From Tubiluchus corallicola (Eukaryota; Animalia; Priapulida), in assembly GCA_030141605.1 (NCBI GenBank), contig JAQGDQ010000293.1:230190-294189 (forward strand): 64,000 nucleotides of DNA, read 5' to 3'. The position numbers were made by a program, and so were the translations under genes. How positions within the stretch are numbered: position 1 is the stretch's first letter; every line of letters starts with the position of its first letter. The notes under the pieces are model-generated. The model did not search any database. It saw only the letters and a list, made by a program, of their open reading frames with translations, and was not told the origin of the DNA. Below, piece by piece: positions 40,177-51,739 of this stretch.

Positions 40177-43100
40177 TGCATCGGGGCGCTCGAAACTTTC
40201 TGTATTCGTTAAAAGAATCGCGTCAATATTTTACACATATATTGCATAAGTACAAAATGTTGAATAAAAACTGCTTAATAAGATCTTTAGTGCTAAATTA
40301 ATTCTATCAACTATGTGAATTAATTTGTTGTTCATCTCTTCTGTTTACTCTAAAACAAGCTTGCGTACTTGTGGCTTTGTGACTTGGATTGTGGTTTCAT
40401 CTTGCGTGGGCGTATTTACAAGAAGCACAAGATATCCCGTGGAGACAAGGATATGGGACAAAAATAAACAGCTAAGATCGGGAGTCGGAAGTCCCACATA
40501 GCCGTGACTTATAAATACGTGCCACATTTGACAGCAGAAAATGTTTTAAATTATTTACGAAAATGAAAACTAATAAGCAGACTCGAGTGCAAGTAATTTT
40601 TTGAGGTTATTTTTCGCATTTTCAAGTGTTATGTAATTAGCTGATTTATATTTTCGAAAACAATATATGTATATAAAAGTTTGCATTATATTTGCATTAA
40701 CTCGCGTTAACAACTGTCCGTCTATCTCTTTATTTGAACGCGTTCTTGTTTGTAAGCCCGTAGTAGTACTAAAAATTAGCTACTGCTAATGTAACCACAC
40801 TTAATGAATTTTTACCAGAATGTTTTCGTACTGTTTTCTGTGTGATAGAAAAATAAGGACTTGATGTATCAGTGTACACATGTAGTTAGTTAGCAGCCAC
40901 ATACTGAGGGCCGTGTGCATCATTTTTTTTATCGTGTTTTATGAAAAAGAAGCAAATTTAACTAACAGAAAAACTTACTAGCTTATTTATTGTTCCAGCT
41001 GATATCCTAATGCATTCCTTCAAGCATTTGTCTAAATTTAAAACGCTTTCAAGACGTCTTTCTTCTTTTACCCTGTGCCTGAGCTCGTTTCGCAAAGATA
41101 ACTCGTTTTCTTATTCTCCATTTTTCTCTCGCATGGCCGACGTTTAATTAAAGCGCCACCTGCCTGCAATGGAGCGGATTTATCACCCACTTCACCTCTG
41201 CCTGTATTCTGCTTATTAATTAAAGCTCGTTAATAACTCGTATCAACTGCATCCTTGCAGCTGCTGCTGCTGTGACGTGAAACACTTACTCATCCATCTG
41301 AATCAAACTCATTTTGGTGCAAAATCAATTTTTTAATCGCTGAAATATTTTTATCTCGTGCTTCTAGGTTAATTTATATAAGTTGTGCAGTTTATAAAGA
41401 GTTGAATCAGTCGGTGGGTTGGTTGGGTGGGTTGAAAAATTATTAATATTAGAGTTTTTTGATTCAGTGACGGTAAAATCGGCTACAGCAACAGTTCAAG
41501 ACTTTAGTTTGGTCAAAAACTTCAATCTTGACCCGAAATATACAGAAAAAGATTGATCAGAAGAGTATGGCTACCTCGGTAAGCTGTAAATTGTCCACAT
41601 GTGGAAAACTGTTGTTGAATTTTGAAAAAAAAGAAAATGGTTGCGGGACTGCATAAAAAGAATTGACAAAAAAATTTCAAGAGTGTGTAGTTGTTTTTCA
41701 AAACAATTTTCTGTTAAGGCAAAATGATACTTGGTCAATTAACCGGTGGTAATTATTTTAAATTTTTTTCCATTTTGTTAGTGTCACGCAGTTGGAACTA
41801 CGCGGTTCTCCGAGCACATTGTCAACGTTTTAGTTTATTTTTGACACCAGTTTGGAGTTTTTATACACCATTTAATCGTCTGAAGCTTTTCTGCAGTCTA
41901 AAACTCATTCAGTTTTTATGGTATTAATTAATTTCTCTCACGTCAAACGAAAAGCAAACCTTCAGGACCCCCTTTCCTCGCACAGCTGTTTCTCACAAGT
42001 TAGCCAATATTACTGTCATTAATTGAACAGGTAGGTCTAGCAATGTAAACGCTGCTTCCATTATTAATGGCTAATAAAACCCGCTAATTTAGCCACGTAA
42101 AGAGTAAAGCGAACAGCGAAGAAGCCAGGTGCACTTGCGTGCATCATGCTAGGGTTTCATTTCGGTTGGCCACGTGACACAACGCCTATGCGTGTGCAAT
42201 CTGTATGGAGAGGTTACAGAAGCGTTTCTTCTACAGGACGCTGGAAATGTAACTCCTGGATCCTGCTTACATAAAATTGGAAAAAGATTCATCTGAAATC
42301 TGGATTATGTCGTACCGTCTCATCGTCTATTATATCATGGTATCCCTATAATAGCAGATTGCAAATTTTATGGAAACCACGGTCTTCTTCTGTGCTTGAA
42401 ATCAATCCTGATGTTTGTCGAGCTTCTGCAATAGCCTTTAGCTTCTTGTCTGTTTGCTAGTGATCTACTAAGTTCTTCACCCTCTAAGCTTCTTTACGTC
42501 AAAAATCAAACGATTTTTACATAAAATGCCACAATATGGCTTCAAAAAATTACTGTTATAGACGTTGAAGTTTCAACAAGTTACAAGAACATGCTGTAGT
42601 GTGTGCAATTTACATGCAAGTCGTGACCTGAGACTGCTTGATCTGACTAATAACTATTATTATAGTCTGAGCATCGAATTGAGCTTTTTTAGTTCAAATT
42701 CGATTCGAGCCTAAAAATAAAGTTTTAAGTAATTCGGCTCTTCAACTACATACGTTCTTTATCATTAAAGCGTTTTGAAACATCTTGGGATCAGCACAGT
42801 TTCGAAGCGATTTTTGTGCAGAATTTTTAAACAAATTATTGGCGCTTTTATTGCAGAACAAAGTTAAGCAATATGCATGTTCTTCTGAGATGCCTTTTTA
42901 TTTCATCTTCAGATCACTATAACGTATAACACAAAACTTAAAGGTTTTTCTCGAATCTTTTCTGTATAACACGTTAGACTGTAGCATTTATAATGCACTA
43001 CACGCTCGATTAGAAACGTTTCACTAATTAGAAAATGCTTGGGATGACGGACCGAGATTTTGCTTCTCTTCTTTATTGCAAATGAGACCGTGGAAGACTG

Positions 43101-45492
43101 AACTTTGGTCAGTAAAGAGCTTCAATGGCTTTTATATAATTGCAGTAGTTAGTTTGCTTTAAATAAACATTTTCTAGTATGTTCTTTTGCTGCCGTTTAT
43201 TGCTGCGTATCAGTAAGGGCCTGTTTCTATTTCCTTTTAAGGAAAACAAGATGATTTTTCACATTCTGCCCCATTTTGAAGTTACGGTAGAAAGTGTAGA
43301 TTTTACCTATAATAATACCAAAGCGTTTCTGATAATTAAATAAGAAGTTAAAACTTAATAAGCCTTTTCACAGTTCCAGCGATTGACGATGATTGTGAAA
43401 GGTCAAAGGTTAGTTGCACCAGGCAACGCATTTGTGTACACTTGACAACGCCTGGCGACCCATGCTGTTGTAAAAGTTGTTGTTTTAACAGCTAGCTAGA
43501 ATTTTACCTAGTTCATTTTTTCTTGTTCCCAAGCAAGATCCTGCTAATACATCATTCTACGCACAGACTAATGCATAATTAAGTAAAGTCCACGTAAAAC
43601 AACTGAAGTTACTGAACTGAGGTGGCACACACACAGTTTTACTTTACTCACATGTCGCGTGATGATTGTAGTTAAGCCGCGTTGCTGTGGCTCACTTAAC
43701 CTTTCACCTACAGCAACTGCACGTGGGCACAATGACGGCGTGAAGAGGAGGCTTATTGACGACAGGTAGTGATGACATCACAACTGAACATAATTTTCAA
43801 CAGCACAAACATTCCATAAGTTGAATTTATTTGCACTAATTTGAAGTACATTGATGCTGCTATACAACATTCTGTGTAGCATACAGAAGCTCGGCAAATT
43901 CTAAGTTTAAAATTCAAATTTTAAGTTTACAGCTGTGCTTGCAAATGAACTATCGAAATGTTTACGTCACAACTGAACACCTCTAAGCTGAGAGGTACAG
44001 CACTTTTTTTTGTGCAACGCGATTCCGAGATGCAGGTGCTAGAGCCCATCTAATTAACGAATGGGCGAAATGCATGCAACTGCGATGAATTGGCCGCGCG
44101 AACGCGAAATTAGTTTTCTGTGGTAATGATTCTTTCACGCAAGTCTTTCTTTAAAAAATAGTATGTAGGAATTCAATATTTTATAAGGTAGATGTTTGAG
44201 CTAAGGTAATTTAAGATGGGGGTCTTAACACATACAATTCTCAAGACGCTGTACTGCTTTCTGAAGATATTAGAGTGTCTAGAAGTCGTTTTGTTGATAA
44301 ATCTAATGACTGGTTTGACGACTCTGTTTTAAAGGGAAAGAAAAGGCTATTTAAAGTACGTCTCAAAAATCTTCCCACACAAAGTTATATTACTTTGCAT
44401 TACATTTACCCGTTTGAAAGACTTATGTAATTGGAAAAGAAAATTCTTAATAATTTAAAATATTCGCACCACCTGGTAAAAAAGGCACTGTATCGTCATC
44501 CCCGTGTGCACCACTGACTTACCAAAAAACACAGCATAGATGTCATATGAAGTAATTTAAACTTTTTCTTAGTTGTCGAAGAGTGTGCTACAAATGCTCT
44601 GATTATTTTTCCAACTATTACGCCATGTTATCTAAACTTATTTGAAATGACTTATCCTCAATATGGCTGCGCCTAACGGTCATCGCGGGAGTTCAAATTT
44701 ACAAGTTTTATACAGAGTTACTACTAAAGCAGGTTCTGTGCGCAATAAGACAGCATGTAAGTGATATGAAATTTCAAGACGAATTTTTTACGCTTTACTT
44801 ATGAAGAGTGTTTTCTTGTGGTTTAAGTAATGCTGTCTGTGCAGGCAAAAGATCGGTTCAGTGCTTGGTTATCAGTCGGAAGTAATAGAAAATTTTGATG
44901 GCAGAATCGGCATTTGTGTTTAAATATTAATTTTTACTAAACGTGCCGTTTACAAGGCATTTCACGTCATTAAAATCGATGCCACGAATGAAATTTATGC
45001 AAGTAAGAAAATTCGCGATGATTCCATGGCAACATATTCTGCTTCCGAATCACCTGCTCCATGACAATTCTGCTGCCGAGCAGGAAATTAGACCTAATTA
45101 CTTATGGAAGCAGCTGCTGTAAAGCGGATAAAGAGAAAATGGAAAAACAAAAAGCCACCGGTGATGCCGTGCAATAGATGTAATCACGTGACGTGATGAC
45201 GTTGCGGAGTGACATCATAAAGCCTTTGTTGAAAAAGTCGGAAAAAGGAGAAACGGAAAAATGTGACAGATTGTTACGTTTTCACTTTTCTTCAAGATTT
45301 GGCTTCTAATGTTATTACGCAGTGGTTCTATAGAAAAAAATTGTGTATCTGTTATACTAAGAGCTACATACGTTTGACAATCTCTTTTTATCGTTTTGCA
45401 TCTTTCACTAAAATTTGCTGCAATAAATAAAGCTAATAAATGTAGCTAATAAATAAAGAATAGATTTTTAATATCTTTCTCTCTCTCTATTT

Positions 45493-45523
<31 letters not shown>

Positions 45524-45539
45524 CGCGCATGCGTGCATG

Positions 45540-45573
<34 letters not shown>

Positions 45574-47464
45574 TGACAACAACAACAACAACAACAACAA
45601 TAATAATAATACTAATAATATAAAAAAACGTGAATATATTCTATATACAAATGTAAATAAATTAACCCGGATTTTATCTCACATTTTATTATTTTAATTG
45701 TATATATTTTAGTCACTATCCCTTTCCCGATTTCTTAACTATTAACAGTATTTTTTTACAGAAACGATTGTACATTTTAATTTATGCACTAAATTAGTGC
45801 ATTACATTATTGGGATAAATAAACATACAAAGAGATGTTAAAAATCGTTCTACAGATCTACATGTAGATAAAACTGAGACAAAATTAAATTCTGTATTCT
45901 TACATTCACTAGTAGTTATTCATATTCCTCAATATTAATTTTATTGTCTAGGAGTTAATTAGTTACATTGTCACAAAAATATTTGATTTGTTATTCCCCT
46001 GATAAGAGCCTCTTGGCTTTGGTTCATTAGTAGTTATTCATAGTCATCAATATTAATTTCATTGTCTAGGTGTTAACTAGTTACATTGTTACAAAAATAT
46101 TTGGTCTATTAGTCCCCTGATAAGGGCCTGTCAGGTTTGGTTCACTAGTAGTTATTCATATTCATCAATATTAATTTCATTGTCTAGGTGTTAACTAGTT
46201 ACATTGTCACAAAAATATTTGGTCTATTATTCCCCTGATAAGGGCCTCTCAGCTTTGGCTCACTAGTAGTTATTCATAGTCATCAATATTAATTTCATTG
46301 TCTAGGTGTTAACTAGTTACATTGTTACAAAAATATTAAGTTTTTATTCCCTTGATAAGGGCCTCTTAGCTTTGGTTCATATCTTGCAGGTTTTTTTTCA
46401 TCGATATTGATCAATACAAGAGACCGAAGCACGTTTTTCCGCTATGCTGTTACCACAGAAAGAACACATCTGTCAAAATAATTGCTAAACGCAAAACACT
46501 GATTGTAATAATAACCCTGCTGTTTTCCTGCAGCTGTGACTGACGTACGCGATAGCTGTGCGGGGGCGTGCAGCCGTACATGCATCATTTTTTAACTAAA
46601 CTACTTCAGAAAACTGGAAAGCCAACATTCAGTGATTGCATATTTATATAAATAATAAATGATAATCAATTTATTTTACAAACATAAACACAAGTACAAT
46701 TAGCAAATTACACACTTGAATAAGCAACGCATACAGGAACACGTCCCTACAAATTCACGGATTTTTTAAGCGTAGTTGATTAAAAAAATACCGTAATTTT
46801 TTAAGTGAAACACATTCACATTACATATAACATATGTATCACAGTGCTGATTGAATACATTAATTTTTAGCAAAAACAATTTGTACCTTTTAATTTAGGA
46901 TCACGAATATATATATATAACTATATATATATATAGGCTTACAGTCTGCTTCAAATCTTCAACGAGAAAAGTAACTGGAAGCATTATAACAGATAGAATC
47001 GCTCGCAACCATTTTTTTCTAGTGATTAAACTCCATTTAGTAACTAGGCTCAGTGCTGCTTGACTTTCGTAGATAAAGGCGCGTTAGGAATTGTGTTAGG
47101 AGTGTTACGTTGCAGTTAATTTATCCAAAAGACTACGATTGCGAAATAATAATGTCTGTTTAATGATATCATTATAAAAATACTTTTGGGTAGCCGGCCA
47201 TAAACCCAGCTTCTTAAGGTCTTCCTGTCTTAATTTTCTTTAATAACAGCCGTCATTTTCGCGCAGTTGTTTTTTATTTTTACTGATTGTAGGAGTATGT
47301 TGTATTTCTCGTATATGTGTATTTCAAATTTGCATGTCAGTTAATGTAATGATGATACGTGTTAAACCAATAAATTATTTTGAAATTGAATTTGACACAA
47401 AATTATATCGGTGCTTTTCAAACTTTGTTTCAGTAAAATTTCTTGTTCTTTTCAGGCAGAATGA
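28204..47464 (+). CDS. ATOH8: Atonal-family bHLH transcription factor ATOH8/Net (~423 aa)
   Basis: The bHLH RRVEANARERSRVHTISAAFESLRRAVPSYSYNQKLSKLAILRIACCYIMAL and downstream 'SF.DCV.MCT.T.Q.EG.ARRRK' match the ATOH8 signature. Main coding exon is 28204-29466 (acceptor at 28192, donor AAG|gtaagg). Best terminal exon is 47456-47464 (GCA GAA TGA) after a strong pyrimidine tract. Identity is high confidence; choice of terminal exon is inferred. Confidence 0.88.
31020..31282. repeat. Local direct duplication (~110 bp) interrupted by a MITE terminus fragment
   Basis: 'ggtacatgcaaaaattt...tagacttaatatagcttaaagaagtacaatttaaact...gtctgttaagatcagg' occurs twice. Confidence 0.75.
32948..33281. repeat. 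Minisatellite, 72-bp unit, ~4.6 copies
   Basis: 'aaagaaaaggacaagtcacatagcatgttgggtttattttactgtaatcacttaaactgtttgtggtgtgtt' repeated. Confidence 0.92.
34642..35173. mobile_element. TTAA-flanked non-autonomous DNA transposon (Kolobok/piggyBac-like); related copies at ~44330-44826 and ~55308-55825
   Basis: Termini ttaaagaacaagaa...ttcttgtgctttaa. The shared core 'aacggtcatcgcgggagtt.aaatttac' and 'aaatttcaa.gacgaatttt' is present in all three copies. Confidence 0.75.
36766..37342. mobile_element. Dispersed repeat (~570 bp); second copy at ~55968-56540
   Basis: Colinear similarity from 'ccaatct.aaactgtaggtcaaa.caatctactctttaaaata' to 'gtcttcct'. Confidence 0.75.
40122..40170. repeat. (C)n(CT)n microsatellite
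   Basis: Direct reading. Confidence 0.95.
45476..45620. repeat. Compound microsatellite (CT)(GT)(GC)(AAT)(AAC)
   Basis: Direct reading. Confidence 0.95.
45905..46380. repeat. Tandem repeat, ~118-bp unit x4
   Basis: 'tcactagtagttattcata.tcatcaatattaatttcattgtctaggtgttaactagttacattg...cctgataagggcct' repeated. Confidence 0.9.
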
Positions 47465-49266
47465 AGACGCACATTAAAACTACGTGAAAAGGAGGATTCT
47501 CCCTTCAGTCCGTGGAACCAACTTTTTAGCAAGAACAGCCAACAGTCATGCTTCAAATCTCTAAGGACTCTGGGTTATGCTTGTGCTGCCATCTATCAAG
47601 GCTGGGCTCTATTTTTATGCTGCCATTATTAACTAATGTTGAATTATCTATAACATGGTTACACATGTAACTGCAGCTATGTGGGAGATGGCTGCTATAA
47701 GTATTCTACCAAAATCTGCAAGCGGAACAAAATGGCAGACATTGTGACATAACACAAATACGTGTGAAACAAATGACAACAATTCGTGCTGTTACTTTGG
47801 AGGAAGAAGCGTCTCTGATGTGGGACTTCAATAAAAAATTGCTGCATAAAATGACATTGTGCAACTGTTGTCACCAGACATACCGTATTTATCAGATCAT
47901 CCACATACTCCTTGGCCTCATATTCTGTGTCAGTGTATACAACCTTTTTCTCTTTCACTTCTGTTCAAATTTTCTGTAATTATACTTTTATATGCATGCA
48001 AGATATTTGGTCTTGTGATCTTCATGATCTGAGATTGATTGGTCTGAATGGAGGGTGAGCACTGAATTGAGCTTTTTAAATTCGAATTCAATTCGAGCCT
48101 AAAATTATAGTTTGAATAATTCAGTTCTTCAGCTGCATATGTTCGTTATCATTAAAACATTTTGAAACATCATGCAATCAGCACAACTTTGGTGCGATTT
48201 CTGTGTATAATTTCTAAACAAATTATTAGTGCTTTTATTGCAGAACAAAATGAAGTAATTATGCACACTCTTTGCGAGAACGCATTTTATTAGTAATTCC
48301 AAAGTCTTTAAAACAGAATTCGAACGTCACAAATGGTTTAAATGGGCTCCATAAATAAATTTTGAAAGTGCTTCCAATTGATGATACCTACCATGTTTGA
48401 TCTTCCTCTGTATAACATGTGTAAATAATTCAGGAACAATATATAAGGTGGCATACTTGATGTGATTGCATGCGAATGTAGCAATGATGTTCTTGCTTGT
48501 TGAGTGTTTAAAATCAAACTGAAATTTGTAAGTCGGTGATTTAATCTAATCTACGAAACACGATTAGAATAACTTTGCGTTTGGCTGAAAATTTATTTCT
48601 TACTGTGAAGTTCGTTTTGAAGTTTAACAACATAAACTCTAATTTAGAGAGCACTACTTTCCTAATACTACCAATATTTGTGAACAAAATTGCAAGTTAT
48701 TGAAATATTTTAACACTCTACTAAATTTGGAATTGTTTCGTCGCCAAGTAACTGATTTTGTGGACCAAAGTCACCAAATGACTTATTCTGTTGTCACCTA
48801 AACCCTTGTTTTATTTCTTCCATTGTTGTTGACGTTTTTGTTGATTTTCAGATTCGTTGTTAAAGGTTTTCACCCTTCTGTTATTAGCTCCTATAGTGGT
48901 ATCTGCTGCATGAAGATATTATTGACCAAAGATGAAAGATTAATATATAAACTTTGTTTGTTTGTACAAGTGGTGTTTTAGGCTATGTATATACGAATAA
49001 ATGCAGGTGTTGTATAAAAAAGTCTTATAGCATATTTATATATTGTGCACTAATTGTGAAAGAAAATGTGATAAAAGCCAGTATCAACTTGTGCATGGGA
49101 AACGTGTTAGAGTTTCTCCCGGAGCAGCAAAAATCGTCTATGTATTTGGAACGATAATTGGATGGTCATATTTCAACTAGACACCAACAGCAAGTACCAA
49201 ACAGTGGGACTGATGCAAAACAAACGCTGAAGCAAATGAGATTTTTAGTTAATTTTTAACTCGTTT

Positions 49267-50027
49267 ATGCCTACATTGAGAGCGGATTCCATGTTTTGCC
49301 AGCCACAAATGCCTACATTGAAAGTGGATTCCATGTTTTGTCAGCCACAAATGCCTACATTGAAAGTGGATTCCATGTTTTGTCAGCCACAAATGCCTAC
49401 ATTGAAAGCGGATTCCATGTTTTGGCCAGCCACAAATGCCTACATTGAGAGCGGATTCCATGTTTTGTCAGCCACAAATGCCTACATTGAGAGCGGATTC
49501 CATGTTTTGCCAGCCACAAATGCCTACATTAAAAGTGGATTCCATGTTTTGTCAGCCACAAATGCCTACATTAAAAGTGGATTCCATGTTTTGCCAGCCA
49601 CAAATGCCTACATTAAAAGCGGATTCCATGTTTTGTCAGCCACAAAGGCCTACATTGAAAGCGGATTCCATGTTTTGTCAGCCACAAAGGCCTACATTGA
49701 AAGCGGATTCCATGTTTTGTCAGCCACAAAGGCCTACATTGAAAGCGGATTCCATGTTTTGCCAGCCACAAATGCCTACATTGAAAGCGGATTCCATGTT
49801 TTGTCAGCCACAAATGCCTACATTGAGAGCGGATTCCATGTTTTGTCAGCCACAAAGGCCTACATTGAAAGCGGATTCCATGTTTTGCCAGCCACAAATG
49901 CCTACATTGAAAGCGGATTCCATGTTTTGTCAGCCACAAATGCCTACATGGAAGGTGGATTCCATGTTTTGCCAGCCACAAATGTCTACATTGAAGGTGG
50001 ATTCCATGTTTTGTCAGCCACAAATGT
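49267..50027. repeat. Minisatellite, 42-bp unit, ~18 highly homogeneous copies
   Basis: 'atgcctacattgaaagcggattccatgttttgtcagccacaa' repeated; source of the MPTLKADSMFCQPQ pseudo-ORFs. Confidence 0.95.
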
Positions 50028-50099
50028 GTAAAATTGCATATTAAGGGTACGTAATTTTGGGTACTGCTGACAGGAAACTCAATAAAATACAAGAGATTT

Positions 50100-50402
50100 T
50101 ATCCTGTTTACAAAAAATCAAAAAATATAATTTCACAAATTTATAATTTCATCTTAAATGTGGACTTGGTCCACGATTTATAAAACCATAAAAATTACTG
50201 TAATCAAATAACACAGCTGTAACTTGGTAATCCGCTTTAAGCAGAAACATGTTAACTTATTTCCTATCCTGTTTACAAAAAATATAATTTCATCTTAATG
50301 TGGACTTGGTCCACGATTTATAAAACTATAAAAATTACTGTAATCAAATAACACAGCTGTAACTTGGCAATCCACTTTAAGCAGAAACGTATTAACTTAT
50401 TT
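50100..50402. repeat. Tandem direct duplication (~165 bp then ~135 bp)
   Basis: 'atcctgtttacaaaaaat...tggacttggtccacgatttataaaac.ataaaaattactgtaatc...' occurs twice. Confidence 0.8.
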
Positions 50403-51739
50403 GGCACAATTAACAAAATAATGCTGTATTTTCATTCAAATATAGAAACTGCAGGGCGCATATAGCCGCCATTATTATAGTCCTAAGCCGCTTTAAGCGA
50501 AAACAAGTTAATTTATTTGACACAGCTTATAAAATATTACTCAATCCTTCCCCCAATAAAGGAACAATACAGCACATTTAAATTCTAAAATATAAAACCA
50601 ATTATAATTAACTTCATAGACCAGCAAAAAAGTAAGGTAAATTTTGATCCATAAGTAAGACTGTCCAAATGCATAACAATAATGACATAGTTGTAGCTGG
50701 TAATCAGAGAAAATATACATAATAGTACAAAATATATCAACCATGATGAAAAACCCATCCCATGTAGTGTGTAATATACCTGTTAAAACTGCACATAATT
50801 CTTTGACTTAAATTGTAAAATTATCACTGGGAATCATAATAGTTTACAACTATTCAGTTCACTAGATGCTACTTTTAATACATGCTAAAAGCTTAGAATT
50901 CATATATGTGTTGATTTTACATATTCCTTTACAAAGAGCACTTTTAATTATCAGCACAACAATGATAAAGTAATCATTGATCAGCATTATAAGAAAACAT
51001 AAACTATTCTATTTTCCCTTAAAGGAACTCTTTTTTAATATCACCTACACACACTGTTACAGTTTTACTTTAGTTCCATGTTCCTGTACAAACAAAAACG
51101 ATTGACTACTGTTTAACAGTGGCCATATGACAACCATGTGGCTTTATTTAGGCATGAGACGTCGTTATGAGCTTATGAGCATCAACACAGCGAAACTGTA
51201 ACAGGGTGTATTAACGAAAATAATAAAACTGAGTTGAGGACTACATAATACGATAATCGATAATTTGGAAACGAAACAAAAACAAAAGTTTATAAACTAT
51301 GCACTGAAAAAATTATTTAAAACATTACTGCTAACAAGTGGGAAATAAATGAACTTTGACTTCATTGTCCGAAGCATGCTGGTCGCAATTAGTGGTGACA
51401 GTTTTACAAAAAAAGGAATGGTCATGATGACAAGCTAAGGCCTGATTCTGCACGTGCAGAAATTAGTGGCATTTTATTGAGTTTTAATTTTATTTTACAA
51501 TCGTTAATAGTAGTTCTTTTGTGTTATAGTTACTTATTAAGTGCACAATAATAATAATTTGCTGCAAATATGCAATATTTTTGGACTTACGATGAAAATA
51601 CGATAATTTGGCAGAAAACACCAAAATTTTTAGCCGCCAACACGATAATCCACATGAACCAAAATGGTAACCATGTGATAAAGCAATCACTGATCAAGTA
51701 CGATTAGACAGGAATGTTCCCATCATTCCATGATTTAGA

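Noticed and set aside
45905-46380. Tandem units with 'cctgataagggcc' resembling hammerhead ribozyme cores
   Set aside because: The core is CTGATAA rather than CTGANGA and there is no correctly placed GAAA.
49267-50044. Long repetitive ORFs or a CRISPR-like array
   Set aside because: Head-to-tail 42-bp units without unique spacers, in a eukaryotic context with no cas genes; the ORFs are open only because the unit lacks stops.
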